Source: Bacteroidia bacterium
Lineage (GTDB): Bacteria; Bacteroidota; Bacteroidia; SXHM01
Length of the DNA stretch: 64,000 bases
Direction of reading: 5' to 3'
Assembly: GCA_022072225.1 (NCBI GenBank)
Contig: JAJVIC010000003.1
Span: forward strand, 28,688 to 92,687
A model generated the notes under the pieces. It did no database searches. It saw nothing but the letters and a program-made list of their open reading frames with translations, and had not been told where the DNA came from. The translations under genes were made by a program, and so were the position numbers. Positions 10,016 through 19,323 of the stretch are shown here, one piece after another; the stretch's first letter is position 1; each line of letters begins with the position of its first letter.

Positions 10016-11254
10016 ATGATGGAAAAAGTAGAGTTGTTATCACCAGCCGGCTCGTTTGAATCGCTGCAGGCAGCTATACAAGCAGGTGCTGATGCTGTTT
10101 ATTTCGGTATTGAGCAGTTAAACATGCGCGCACGCTCAAGCAATAATTTTACAATTGAAGACTTGCCCCTGATTAAAAAAACATGCGCTGAGGCGAAAGT
10201 TAAAATCTATCTTACTTTAAACACGATTATTTACGATCATGATGTAACACTGATGAAAAGCATTGTAAGCAGTGCGAAGAAAAATAAAATTGATGCAATT
10301 ATCGCCTGTGACCATGCTGTGTTGAGTTATGCAAAACAAATGCGGATACCTGTTCATATTTCAACACAGGCAAATGTTTGCAATGTTGAAAGTGTTCAAT
10401 TTTATTCTGCTTATGCCGATACTATCGTGCTTGCAAGGGAATTAAGTCTGCGTCAGGTTTCCGAAATAGTTAAACAAATAAAAAGAAAGAATATAAAAGG
10501 CCCCTTAGGAAAAAATGTAAAAATTGAAGTGTTTGCACATGGCGCTTTGTGCATGGCAATCTCAGGAAAATGTTACTTGAGTCTGCATTCAAATTTTGCT
10601 TCTGCAAACCGTGGCGCTTGTGTGCAAAACTGCAGACGTGCTTATATTGTTAAAGACAAAGAAGATGAAGTTGAAGTTGAAGTTGATAATGAATATATCA
10701 TGTCTGCGCAGGATTTATGCACTATCAGTTTCCTTGATAAACTCATAAAAACCGGAGTAGGTGTTCTAAAAATTGAAGGACGCGGACGTGCAGCCGATTA
10801 TGTTTACACGACTACAAAGTGCTATCGTGAAGCTATTGATGCATTCTACAATGGCAGTTACACAAAATCAAAAATTGAAAAATGGCTTGATGAATTATCA
10901 ACCGTGTTTAACCGTGGTTTTTGGGGTGGTTATTACTTGGGTAAAAAAATGGGAGAGTGGGCTGACTCGGCAGGCTCAAAAGCAACTAAAACAAAAATTT
11001 ATATCGGAAAAGGAACAGGATATTACAGCGATAAAAAAGTTGGTGAGTTTAAATTGGAATCCAACCAGCTTTCTGTTGGAAATGACTTACTAATTACAGG
11101 ACCAACTACTGGCGTTATTTATACATCAGCTAAAGAACTGCGGGTAAACAACACTCCGGTTGATATTGTTAAAAAAGGCGAATTATTTTCACTTCCGGTT
11201 CCTCAAAAAATCCGTCCTTCCGATAAGTTGTATAAATTGACTCATGGTTCATGA
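10016..11254 (+). CDS. peptidase U32 family Fe-S protein (TrhP-like O2-independent hydroxylase)
   Basis: ELLSPAGS, GADAVY, LARELS, HGALCMAISGKCYLS, NRGACVQNCR, LKIEGR. Confidence 0.9.
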   Translation: MMEKVELLSPAGSFESLQAAIQAGADAVYFGIEQLNMRARSSNNFTIEDLPLIKKTCAEAKVKIYLTLNTIIYDHDVTLMKSIVSSAKKNKIDAIIACDHAVLSYAKQMRIPVHISTQANVCNVESVQFYSAYADTIVLARELSLRQVSEIVKQIKRKNIKGPLGKNVKIEVFAHGALCMAISGKCYLSLHSNFASANRGACVQNCRRAYIVKDKEDEVEVEVDNEYIMSAQDLCTISFLDKLIKTGVGVLKIEGRGRAADYVYTTTKCYREAIDAFYNGSYTKSKIEKWLDELSTVFNRGFWGGYYLGKKMGEWADSAGSKATKTKIYIGKGTGYYSDKKVGEFKLESNQLSVGNDLLITGPTTGVIYTSAKELRVNNTPVDIVKKGELFSLPVPQKIRPSDKLYKLTHGS

Positions 11255-11481
11255 TTCGGATTATTCATTTTCGTGAAAAATGTGTAGGGTGCAATGCATG
11301 CGTTGAAGCAGCACCTTTCAGGTGGCGTATTTCGCGCAAAGACGGGAAAAGCATTTTAATTGGCGGAAAAGAACGAAAAAATGTTTTTTCACTGCTTACC
11401 GGTGAGGATGAATTTCTTGCAAATATTTCTGCTTCGGAAAACTGCCCCGTAAAGATTATTAAACTGGAAAAACTAAATTAA
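11251..11481 (+). CDS. ferredoxin
   Basis: CVGCNAC...CPVKII; overlaps U32 stop. Confidence 0.85.
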   Translation: MIRIIHFREKCVGCNACVEAAPFRWRISRKDGKSILIGGKERKNVFSLLTGEDEFLANISASENCPVKIIKLEKLN

Positions 11482-11898
11482 ATGGACGAAAGAATTGTAA
11501 AATTTATCAGCAGTCAGAAGTGCATTACTATTTGCACAGCAGAAAATAATAAACCGTATTGCGCTAATTGTTTTTACGCTTTTATACCCGAAGAAAATAT
11601 TCTTGTTTTTAAATCAGATAGAAACACAAAACATATTTTGCAGGCGTTGGCAAATAATTATGTTGCCGGAACTATTTTGGCTGATGTGGAAACAACGGGA
11701 ACACTGAGAGGAATTCAGTTCACTGCGGCTTTCAATATTCCTTCTGACAACCTGGTTGAAAAATCAAAAAAAGCATATTATAACAGATTTCCATTTGCGC
11801 TCGCTGTTCCCGGTGATTTATGGACAGTAGAATTAGTTACAGTAAAGCTGACAGACAATATTTTAGGCTTTGGTAAAAAACTGAATTGGCAAAAATGA
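11482..11898 (+). CDS. pyridoxamine 5'-phosphate oxidase-like (YhbP-type) protein
   Basis: PYCANCFYAF, VAGTI, RGIQF, KLTDNILGFGKKLNW. Confidence 0.8.
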   Translation: MDERIVKFISSQKCITICTAENNKPYCANCFYAFIPEENILVFKSDRNTKHILQALANNYVAGTILADVETTGTLRGIQFTAAFNIPSDNLVEKSKKAYYNRFPFALAVPGDLWTVELVTVKLTDNILGFGKKLNWQK

Positions 11899-11939
11899 AA
11901 CTTATAGTTAACTGATTCTTTTTGTGTTTTATTCAAAAT

Positions 11940-11991
11940 ATGATTATACTCATAGCTGAGTAGTATCAGGAAATTATATGATTTTAATCAT
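11940..11991 (+). promoter_or_regulatory. tandem Crp/Fnr-type operators upstream of the regulator gene (probable autoregulation)
   Basis: ATGA-TTATAC-TCAT 11940-11953, CTGA-GTAGTA-TCAG 11956-11969, ATGA-TTTTAA-TCAT 11978-11991; TTTG 12018-12021. Confidence 0.75.
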
Positions 11992-12040
11992 ATTGATACA
12001 TGATAAAAAAGACAAAGTTTGTTCAGTAAAACATTCAATC

Positions 12041-12760
12041 ATGAATCGATTAAAAGAAAATATCGAAGTTACTTCTTGCGATGAATGCCCTACTGCAGGC
12101 AGTTCTATTTTTTGTGTTCTAAATAAAATTGAGTTGTCAGATATTTCAGAAAACAAGTCGTTTATATTTTATAAAAAGGGGCAGATAATTTTCTTTGAAG
12201 GGAATCATCCGCAGGGTTTATATTGCATTTTTTCTGGAAAAGTTAAGATTCACAAACTCGGACATGATGGGAATGAACAAATATTCCGCCTTGCAAAAAA
12301 AGGAAACATTATAGGCTATAGAGCTTTATTGAGTAATGACAATTACCATGCTTCAGCAACAGCAATTGAAGATTCTCTTATTTGCTATTTCCCAAAATCT
12401 GTTTACCAGAGTCAGATTGCAAGCAATCATAAACTTGCGCTTCAAATAATTAAATTGTTATCATCTGATTTAAAGTTGGCCGAAATTAAAGCAATGAATT
12501 TTGTTCAAAAACATGTTCGCGAAAGGGTGGCAGAAACTATATTATTACTGAAAGATTTTTTTGGTGTAGAGGAAGATAATGTAACAATAAATACTGTTCT
12601 AACGCGCGAGTCAATTGGAAATATCTCAGGAACAACAACCGAAACAGCTATAAGAATTTTGTCGGATTTTAATAAATCTAAAGTTGTTGAATTGGTTGGT
12701 AAAAAAATAAAGATTATAAATCTTAAAGAACTTATTAAAATAGCTAATCTTACCGAATAG
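12041..12760 (+). CDS. Crp/Fnr family transcriptional regulator, FNR-like with N-terminal Cys cluster
   Basis: Likely start MNRLKE at 12041; CDEC-x8-C, cNMP domain, HTH LTRESIGNISGTTTETAIRILS. Confidence 0.9.
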   Translation: MNRLKENIEVTSCDECPTAGSSIFCVLNKIELSDISENKSFIFYKKGQIIFFEGNHPQGLYCIFSGKVKIHKLGHDGNEQIFRLAKKGNIIGYRALLSNDNYHASATAIEDSLICYFPKSVYQSQIASNHKLALQIIKLLSSDLKLAEIKAMNFVQKHVRERVAETILLLKDFFGVEEDNVTINTVLTRESIGNISGTTTETAIRILSDFNKSKVVELVGKKIKIINLKELIKIANLTE

Positions 12761-12782
12761 TTTACTTCTTCAATACGCACCT

Positions 12783-13313
12783 TTAGAATAGCTTCATCAA
12801 TTCATTGATTTGTTTCTCTAGATTTGGTTTTGTATTCAGCAGCATTTCGTTGTCTGCATCAATAAATCTAAAATAAATATTCTCAAGCTCCTTATCAATA
12901 AAAAGCATTTCTGCTATTTGAAAAACCTCATCATTTTCCACAGCAATATGATTCAGTAATGCTTCAGCATATACGTGCATTTGTTGTTGTGTTCTCAAAT
13001 AATCTTTTTTCAACAGATAATATTCAACACTATTTATCATTTCGCGGAACTCGTCATGGTTATTATACATCTCTTTTATTATTCCGTCTTTTAGTAACTC
13101 ATTTTTGTTAACCATTTCAGGGAATAAAATCAGGTTCTCTTTTTTATGGTGAATTTTATCTGCGTATTCTCGAAAAAATTGAAGCAAATTAGTTGTAACT
13201 TCTGAATATAACTTATCATTTTTTCCGATAAGAATATCAGCCTTTAGAGCAACATCAACAGCTGATGAAATAATATCATGCTCGATTATCAATAGTTTAA
13301 TCGGGTTTTTCAT
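12783..13313 (-). CDS. hemerythrin HHE domain protein
   Basis: EHDII, HHKKENLILFP, HDEFR, HIAVENDEVF. Confidence 0.85.
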   Translation of the reverse strand: MKNPIKLLIIEHDIISSAVDVALKADILIGKNDKLYSEVTTNLLQFFREYADKIHHKKENLILFPEMVNKNELLKDGIIKEMYNNHDEFREMINSVEYYLLKKDYLRTQQQMHVYAEALLNHIAVENDEVFQIAEMLFIDKELENIYFRFIDADNEMLLNTKPNLEKQINELMKLF

Positions 13314-14476
13314 AATAATCTACTTAATAATAATTTTTTAATGTATTGAAAGGCAGACACCTTTTCTTTATTCAAATCAACACCAAATAAATGAAAACTT
13401 AAATATATTATATGATTAATAATCCACCTTATCCAAATCGCAAATTCAATATATATTTCCTTAAACCTTTTTAGTAGATCATATTTTATGAATCGTCTAA
13501 TGTGAGGAGGAATAAAAAAGTAATAATGAACAGGAAGTAATATAATCCAATCAAAATCTCTTATAGCCAATACAATTATGCATAGTACGGGAAAATATAT
13601 TTGATGAAACTGGTCTATGTAGGAATTATCCCAAGTACTGCCAGATTTTTGTAAAGAAAAAATAAACTTATTTATTCCCAATAACAGATATATTAAAAAC
13701 GAAATAATTATTAAAAGAAAGGTGCTCGTATCAACTGATTTTATTATAAAAAACGACACATAACAAATAATCTCGAAGAGAAGACAAAGTTGAATTATAT
13801 CTTTTGTGTGTTCATGCCCTGTTTTATGAGGAAATGTTGTAATTCCCGACTTTTTATCAAATGAAACATCTTTTACCTGATGAAGTAAGATATTTCTGTA
13901 TCCTATAAAAAAAGAAATAAATACAAATAATATAAAAAGTGGTTGAACAGGTTTTTCTGCGAATAAAAAAAATGTATGGCTTGCAAGCAGGAATGGAATT
14001 ATATATGCATAGGCTGTATCAATGCCAGCAGAGACAAGCCAAACATTTTTTAATCTTGGAAATGGAAGTGAGTATGCTAAGAAAAGTGTTATTTCTAAAC
14101 CAATTAATATCCAGGACCATTTATCCGAAGGAAGAATTAACCATGGGATAAATGTTAATACCAATATGATTAGTAAAAATAATACCTGCTTAGGATTTGA
14201 AATATCTGCTAAATAATTTTTCTTTCCAGCTAATGCGTCAGAAGTTCTATCAAAATACTCATTAATAAAATAACCGAGTGCAGCAAACCCTGTCGAGGTT
14301 AACAAAAAGAGGAATAAATTTAGTAAGGAAGAAATAGAAAGTTCAAATTCAAATAGTAAAAGAAATAAATAGCAAATACCTACTATGTAAGGCAAAAAAC
14401 TAAAGCGCCAATTTGAAATTCTGACAGACACAAAAAAAGAAGAAAGTGAAAATTCTTTACTTAATAAATACAACAC
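13310..14476 (-). CDS. UbiA family prenyltransferase
   Basis: NEYFDRTSD and HQVKDVSFDKKSG Asp-rich motifs, AYSLPFPRLK, many TMs. Confidence 0.8.
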   Translation of the reverse strand: MLYLLSKEFSLSSFFVSVRISNWRFSFLPYIVGICYLFLLLFEFELSISSLLNLFLFLLTSTGFAALGYFINEYFDRTSDALAGKKNYLADISNPKQVLFLLIILVLTFIPWLILPSDKWSWILIGLEITLFLAYSLPFPRLKNVWLVSAGIDTAYAYIIPFLLASHTFFLFAEKPVQPLFILFVFISFFIGYRNILLHQVKDVSFDKKSGITTFPHKTGHEHTKDIIQLCLLFEIICYVSFFIIKSVDTSTFLLIIISFLIYLLLGINKFIFSLQKSGSTWDNSYIDQFHQIYFPVLCIIVLAIRDFDWIILLPVHYYFFIPPHIRRFIKYDLLKRFKEIYIEFAIWIRWIINHIIYLSFHLFGVDLNKEKVSAFQYIKKLLLSRLL

Positions 14477-14504
14477 AGCTGCTTAAAAAATATTTTTATC
14501 ATGA

Positions 14505-15380
14505 TTAAAAAGAATTCATTCTGTTTAAATAAAAATGATTACGGTTTTTCTTAAAATCAAAATCAGGTTTTCTGCACCTTATTTCAAGATAATCAACAGG
14601 AAAGACAGAATCTTCTTTTGATGGGTCAAGACCAATTTTTGTTTTGTCTTGAAAAGCTGTTGATATAGCAAAAGAATCCAACTGTGAGTAATCAATATCA
14701 GGTATTTTGATAAATTCAATAATAAAATATAACTTTCGAAGTTTAGAAATTACCTGGTGTAAATCACCAACGTTAAATTTATAGGCATTGTTAATATTTA
14801 CAATTCCTTCCCTTATTCTTTTCTTCTCAAATGCATCATCAACCTCTCTCTCAAAGAGATCTTTAATATATAGTATTCCCCCGGGCTTTAGCACGTCCCA
14901 GGCAGCTTTTAATAAATCATTTTTCTTATCTGAATGTCCAAATGATTCAAGAAAAAGAATTCGGTCGAAGTAGTTTTTGCCAAAAATATCAGCAACATTA
15001 TGGTAGTCCGCGTGCTGAACAATTACTTTTTTTTCAAGTCCCTCGTTTATAACTTTCTGTTTTGCAATGTCTGCCTGAACGCTGGAAATTGTAATGCACT
15101 GAAATACTGAATTTATTTTTTTTGCAAAATAGACCGAAGGCCCGCCAACTCCACACCCTGCATCCAGGATAACTTGATTGTCTTTCAGCACAGCACTCTT
15201 TATGGTATAATTTAAATAATCACTAATGTCAAAAGTTCTCAATGATTGTATTACGTCACCATGCGTAGCCATAAACATTTCTGTAGTTCTATCATAAAAA
15301 TCTCCTACAGCTTCTGAATTATTAGTATTAAAATTTTTAAACAACTTTCTAATAGCTGAAATATTTCCGCTCTTTTTCAT
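14505..15380 (-). CDS. class I SAM-dependent methyltransferase (sterol/tocopherol/CMAS-like)
   Basis: ILDAGCGVGG, ITISSVQ, FLESFGH, LKPGG. Confidence 0.85.
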   Translation of the reverse strand: MKKSGNISAIRKLFKNFNTNNSEAVGDFYDRTTEMFMATHGDVIQSLRTFDISDYLNYTIKSAVLKDNQVILDAGCGVGGPSVYFAKKINSVFQCITISSVQADIAKQKVINEGLEKKVIVQHADYHNVADIFGKNYFDRILFLESFGHSDKKNDLLKAAWDVLKPGGILYIKDLFEREVDDAFEKKRIREGIVNINNAYKFNVGDLHQVISKLRKLYFIIEFIKIPDIDYSQLDSFAISTAFQDKTKIGLDPSKEDSVFPVDYLEIRCRKPDFDFKKNRNHFYLNRMNSF

Positions 15381-15403
15381 TTACTTCTTTTGTATTAGGT
15401 GTG

Positions 15404-15913
15404 TTAAGGCAGAGTGATTCTCTTTTTTCTCTTGTTAGAAATATTACTTGCAATGCAACCTTCCATAAAGTCTAACTTTTCGCATAAGTTTTGTACTAAT
15501 CTTTCCATGATTAGTGGTTTTTGGCGTAGTAATAGATTCATTTCAGAAAAACTGATATAACATGCCGCAACATTGCTAACAGCCATTGCTGAAAAAAGAA
15601 CAGATTCATTGATTAGAAAAGAATTCAGCCCTACAATTTCGCCCTTACCGGCAAAACCAAAAATAAATTCTTTGTTCTCTTTCACATTTTTATAGATTTT
15701 CACTACCCCTCTGTTAATACAATATAAACCTGTAATTATATCACCATTCTTTATTAAGTGTTCGCCTTTTTTAAACCCGACTGTTTTTTTAATTACAGAT
15801 TGCTTATTATTTGTAGATGCATTTTTATTTTTTGTACAGCCAGTTTTTAACCAACAGTTGTTACAAGCTGATTTTGGTTTGAATATTATTCTGCTATAAC
15901 TCTTGGTTCTCAT
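15404..15913 (-). CDS. Crp/Fnr-like cNMP-binding domain protein lacking the HTH
   Basis: CNNC-x5-C, FKKGE, GLYCINRGVVKIY, GEIVG; ends at the hinge helix. Confidence 0.75.
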   Translation of the reverse strand: MRTKSYSRIIFKPKSACNNCWLKTGCTKNKNASTNNKQSVIKKTVGFKKGEHLIKNGDIITGLYCINRGVVKIYKNVKENKEFIFGFAGKGEIVGLNSFLINESVLFSAMAVSNVAACYISFSEMNLLLRQKPLIMERLVQNLCEKLDFMEGCIASNISNKRKKRITLP

Positions 15914-15973
15914 TATAGATAGAGCAATTTAATCTCAGAATACAAATGTATTTTAGACACATCTTCCAAAACT

Positions 15974-15987
15974 ATGATACGAGTCAT
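15974..15987 (-). promoter_or_regulatory. Crp/Fnr-type operator for the minus-strand operon
   Basis: ATGA-TACGAG-TCAT; perfect TAnnTTTG (TACATTTG) on the minus strand at 15950-15943. Confidence 0.75.
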
Positions 15988-16069
15988 ATTGAATTATGAT
16001 AGGATGTCTTATTGAAGAATGATTTAATAAGTAATGTGAAAGCAAGAACTTTGTTATTCATTGCAATAG

Positions 16070-16083
16070 ATGACCTAAATCAT
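16070..16083 (+). promoter_or_regulatory. Crp/Fnr-type operator upstream of moeA
   Basis: ATGA-CCTAAA-TCAT; TTTG at 16110-16113. Confidence 0.7.
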
Positions 16084-16131
16084 ATTCATATCAATTTTGA
16101 TTATTGATTTTTGTGGTTATTCAAGTCAAAA

Positions 16132-17322
16132 ATGATTTCTGTAGAACAAGCTAAAGACTTAATAGTTGAGAATGTCAAACCGTTAAATAGTTTGTTACTG
16201 CCATTGAGTGAAGCGTTCGGATCTGTTCTTTCTGAAAACGTAATATCACCAGTAGATCTTCCATTGTTTAATCAGTCAGCGATGGATGGCTATACATTCC
16301 GGTTTTCTGATTATACCAAAAAAATAAGAATCAATATAGTTGGGGAAGTAGCTGCTGGTGATACGCTCACTAAGAAATTAAAAAGCGGAGAGGCTTTAAG
16401 AGTATTTACAGGAGCAATGGTTCCTGAAGGCGCTGATACAGTGGTGATGCAGGAAAAAATAAAAGTTCTGGATGATGTATTATGTATTGAAGATGAACAG
16501 TTGAAACAAGGTTCTAACGTCAGAAAAAAAGGAGAACAAATAAAAAAGCGAAAAATTGCATTAACAAAAGGAAGTGCATTAACTGCAGGAGCTATAGGAT
16601 ATTTAGCTGCAATGGGAATAACTAGTGTTAAAGTAATTTCAAAACCTAAAGTAGCGGTTATTACTACTGGCAGCGAATTAATAGAACCGGGTAACAAATT
16701 AAAAGTCGGACAAATTTTTGAATCAAATTCTTTTGCGCTGGAAGCTGCATTGCATTCCGTTCATATTACTGCTGTAAAATCATTTTCAGCCTCTGACAAT
16801 GAGCAGAAGATTTACAATACTTTGAAACGTTGTATTCATAACTATGATTTGGTGTTAATAACCGGAGGCATATCAGTGGGTGATTACGACTTTGTTGGCA
16901 AGACACTGAAAAAATTGGGTGTAAAAAATATTTTTTACAAAATAAAACAAAAGCCTGGCAAGCCATTATTCTTTGGGAAGTCAGGGAAAACCATAGTTTT
17001 TGCATTACCCGGAAATCCAGCAGCTGTATTGAGTTGTTTTTATGAATATGTTTTTCCTGCAATACAAATAATGCAGGGAAGAAAAGATCCATTTTTAAAA
17101 AGAGTTCAACTACCCATTACTAAAGATTATGCAAAAAAGAAGGGGCTGTCATTTTTCCTGAAAGGGAAAATTTCAGGCGAAACTGTCATTCCTCTTGAAG
17201 GTCAGGAATCATTTGTATTAAGTTCGTTTGCTATTGCAGACTGCTTGATTTATTTACCAGAAGAATTTGAAAATATTAAAGCAGGAGAGTTGGTGGAAGT
17301 TCATTTACTCCCAAGCATGTAA
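16132..17322 (+). CDS. moeA: molybdopterin molybdenumtransferase
   Basis: MISVEQA start, SAMDGY, FTGAMVPEGAD, TGSEL, TGGISVGDYDF, QKPGKP, LPGNP. Confidence 0.95.
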   Translation: MISVEQAKDLIVENVKPLNSLLLPLSEAFGSVLSENVISPVDLPLFNQSAMDGYTFRFSDYTKKIRINIVGEVAAGDTLTKKLKSGEALRVFTGAMVPEGADTVVMQEKIKVLDDVLCIEDEQLKQGSNVRKKGEQIKKRKIALTKGSALTAGAIGYLAAMGITSVKVISKPKVAVITTGSELIEPGNKLKVGQIFESNSFALEAALHSVHITAVKSFSASDNEQKIYNTLKRCIHNYDLVLITGGISVGDYDFVGKTLKKLGVKNIFYKIKQKPGKPLFFGKSGKTIVFALPGNPAAVLSCFYEYVFPAIQIMQGRKDPFLKRVQLPITKDYAKKKGLSFFLKGKISGETVIPLEGQESFVLSSFAIADCLIYLPEEFENIKAGELVEVHLLPSM

Positions 17323-17333
17323 AGAATTAAACT

Positions 17334-17347
17334 ATGAGCAAAATCAT
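17334..17347 (+). promoter_or_regulatory. Crp/Fnr-type operator upstream of modE
   Basis: ATGA-GCAAAA-TCAT; TTTG at 17374-17377. Confidence 0.7.
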
Positions 17348-17396
17348 TTTCTTTTATTTCGAAACAAGGCAATTTTGACTACTAAATTTCTTCACA

Positions 17397-17729
17397 ATGT
17401 TTAAAGTAAATGGCAGCATTTGGATTGAAGGACAGAAAGGTGCTTTTATAGGATTTGGCAGAGTAATATTACTTGAGAATATCAAAAAATCAGGTTCAAT
17501 ATCTGAAGCAGCTAAATCAATGAAAATGTCATACCGGCAGGCTTGGGAATTAGTAGATTCAATGAACAAGCAATCTAAAAAGGCATTGGTAGTGAGGACT
17601 TCAGGAGGAGCGGGAGGAGGAGGGACAATGGTAACAGAAGAGGGTGAAAGAATAATAAAACTATATAAACAATTACAAAATAAGTTCAGAAAATTTAATA
17701 AGGTTCAAAGCAAAAATCTTGTGTTTTGA
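17397..17729 (+). CDS. modE: ModE-family regulator, N-terminal wHTH only
   Basis: GSISEAAKSMKMSYRQAW, GGAGGGG; no TOBE domains. Confidence 0.85.
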   Translation: MFKVNGSIWIEGQKGAFIGFGRVILLENIKKSGSISEAAKSMKMSYRQAWELVDSMNKQSKKALVVRTSGGAGGGGTMVTEEGERIIKLYKQLQNKFRKFNKVQSKNLVF

Positions 17730-17743
17730 TTTTTTTTGATGCG

Positions 17744-17767
17744 CGTTATTTTAATAAATACATAACG
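17744..17767 (+). promoter_or_regulatory. ModE box
   Basis: CGTTAT-N12-ATAACG palindrome between modE and the TauE gene start. Confidence 0.75.
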
Positions 17768-17769
17768 AT

Positions 17770-18519
17770 ATGCCCGAAGGAGATTTGATTTGGCTGTTTA
17801 TACCTCTGCTGTTTATAGTGGCTTTTCTTTATGCTTCAGTGGGGCATGGCGGAGCAAGTGGGTATTTAGCATTAATGGCTTTGTTCAGCTTTAATCCCTC
17901 AGTAATGAAATCATCGGCACTTATACTGAATATTTGTGTTTCAATTATTGCATTTTATCAATACTACAAAGGTGGGTATTTTAAATGGCAGTTATTTTTG
18001 CCTTTTATCATCACCTCTGTGCCGGCTTCATTTATTGGGGCCTACATTACCGTTGATTCAGATATATATAAAAAAATTCTGGGAGTGTTGCTTCTTTTCC
18101 CTATTCTTCGTCTGCTTGGTGTCTTTGGTAAAGAGAACGAAAAACTAAAAGAAATTAAATGGCTTTGGGCGCTGTTTATAGGTGCAATAATTGGTTTGCT
18201 TTCAGGAATGATTGGAATTGGAGGAGGAATAATTTTAAGTCCTGTAATTTTATTGCTGCATTGGGGAAATATTAAACAAAGTGCTGCCGTTTCTGCCCTG
18301 TTTATATTTGTAAATTCTATTGCCGGCATAACAGGATTAATGATAAAAGGTGTTTCTATTGACAACTATGTATTTCTCTGGCTGCCTGTTGCTATTACAG
18401 GAGGAGTTGCCGGAGCTTATGTTGCGCAAAAAAAACTGAACAATCAAACACTGAAAATACTTTTAGCAAGTGTTTTAGTAATAGCTAGTGTGAAACTGCT
18501 TTTAACAGGAAGTAAATAG
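17770..18519 (+). CDS. TauE/SafE (TSUP) family membrane transporter
   Basis: YASVGHGGASGY, GMIGIGGGIILSP; multiple TMs. Confidence 0.9.
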   Translation: MPEGDLIWLFIPLLFIVAFLYASVGHGGASGYLALMALFSFNPSVMKSSALILNICVSIIAFYQYYKGGYFKWQLFLPFIITSVPASFIGAYITVDSDIYKKILGVLLLFPILRLLGVFGKENEKLKEIKWLWALFIGAIIGLLSGMIGIGGGIILSPVILLLHWGNIKQSAAVSALFIFVNSIAGITGLMIKGVSIDNYVFLWLPVAITGGVAGAYVAQKKLNNQTLKILLASVLVIASVKLLLTGSK

Positions 18520-18520
18520 A

Positions 18521-19093
18521 ATGAAAAACATTACAGGAATAATTCTTGCTGGTGGTAAAAGTTCGCGAATGGGCACTGATAAAGGATTGCTTGAATTAAA
18601 CGGAAAGAAAATTATTAAGTATATTATTGAGCAACTAACACCAAATTCAGACGCCCTGATACTAATTTCAAATAATGAAAGGTACACGGAATTGGGATTT
18701 CCTGTCTATTCAGATACTATTAAAGATTGTGGACCTATGGGCGGAATTTTTACTGCACTTGAAAAATCGCAAACTGAAAACAATATGATTGTAAGTTGTG
18801 ATATACCCAATATAACTTCAGAAATTATTTCGTATATAATTGCAAATATCGGAAAGCAAGAAGTATTAGTACCAATACACGATGGACATATAGAGCCTTT
18901 GTGTGGAGTTTATAAAAAATCAGCTGCAGTAAAATTCAAGCGTTTGCTTGATACCGGAAATTACAAAATGAAAGATGCGCTGAAAACATTAAACACAAAA
19001 TATATTGATGTTTCTGAACATCCTGATTTTTCAGAAAACACATTTTTAAATATTAACACTCCACAGGAGTTTGAAGCACAAAAATTAAAATGA
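18521..19093 (+). CDS. mobA: molybdenum cofactor guanylyltransferase
   Basis: ILAGGKSSRMGTDK, GPMGG, SCDIP, EPL, FLNINT. Confidence 0.95.
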   Translation: MKNITGIILAGGKSSRMGTDKGLLELNGKKIIKYIIEQLTPNSDALILISNNERYTELGFPVYSDTIKDCGPMGGIFTALEKSQTENNMIVSCDIPNITSEIISYIIANIGKQEVLVPIHDGHIEPLCGVYKKSAAVKFKRLLDTGNYKMKDALKTLNTKYIDVSEHPDFSENTFLNINTPQEFEAQKLK

Positions 19094-19323
19094 AAATACA
19101 GGTGAAATTCTTTGGAATGATTGCGGAACTGACAGAATTAAACAGCATGTTAATACATAATATTCATGATATTGATTCGCTGAAAAAGGAGTTGTCCGTT
19201 ATTTTCCCGAAATTAAAAAACTGCAATTATGTTTTTGCAGTGAATAAAAAAATTACAACTAATAATTGTCAGTTCAGCAATGCTGATGAAATTGCTTTAC
19301 TGCCACCATTTGCCGGAGGATAA
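19090..19323 (+). CDS. moaD: molybdopterin synthase sulfur carrier
   Basis: C-terminal LLPPFAGG. Confidence 0.93.
   Translation: MKIQVKFFGMIAELTELNSMLIHNIHDIDSLKKELSVIFPKLKNCNYVFAVNKKITTNNCQFSNADEIALLPPFAGG

Noticed and set aside
11978-12040. N-terminal extension of the Crp/Fnr ORF (similar extensions at 2479, 7181, 16111, 25688, 32607, 36380, 43579, 61375)
   Set aside because: The extensions overlap operators, promoters or upstream genes; downstream ATGs give proper signal peptides or domain starts
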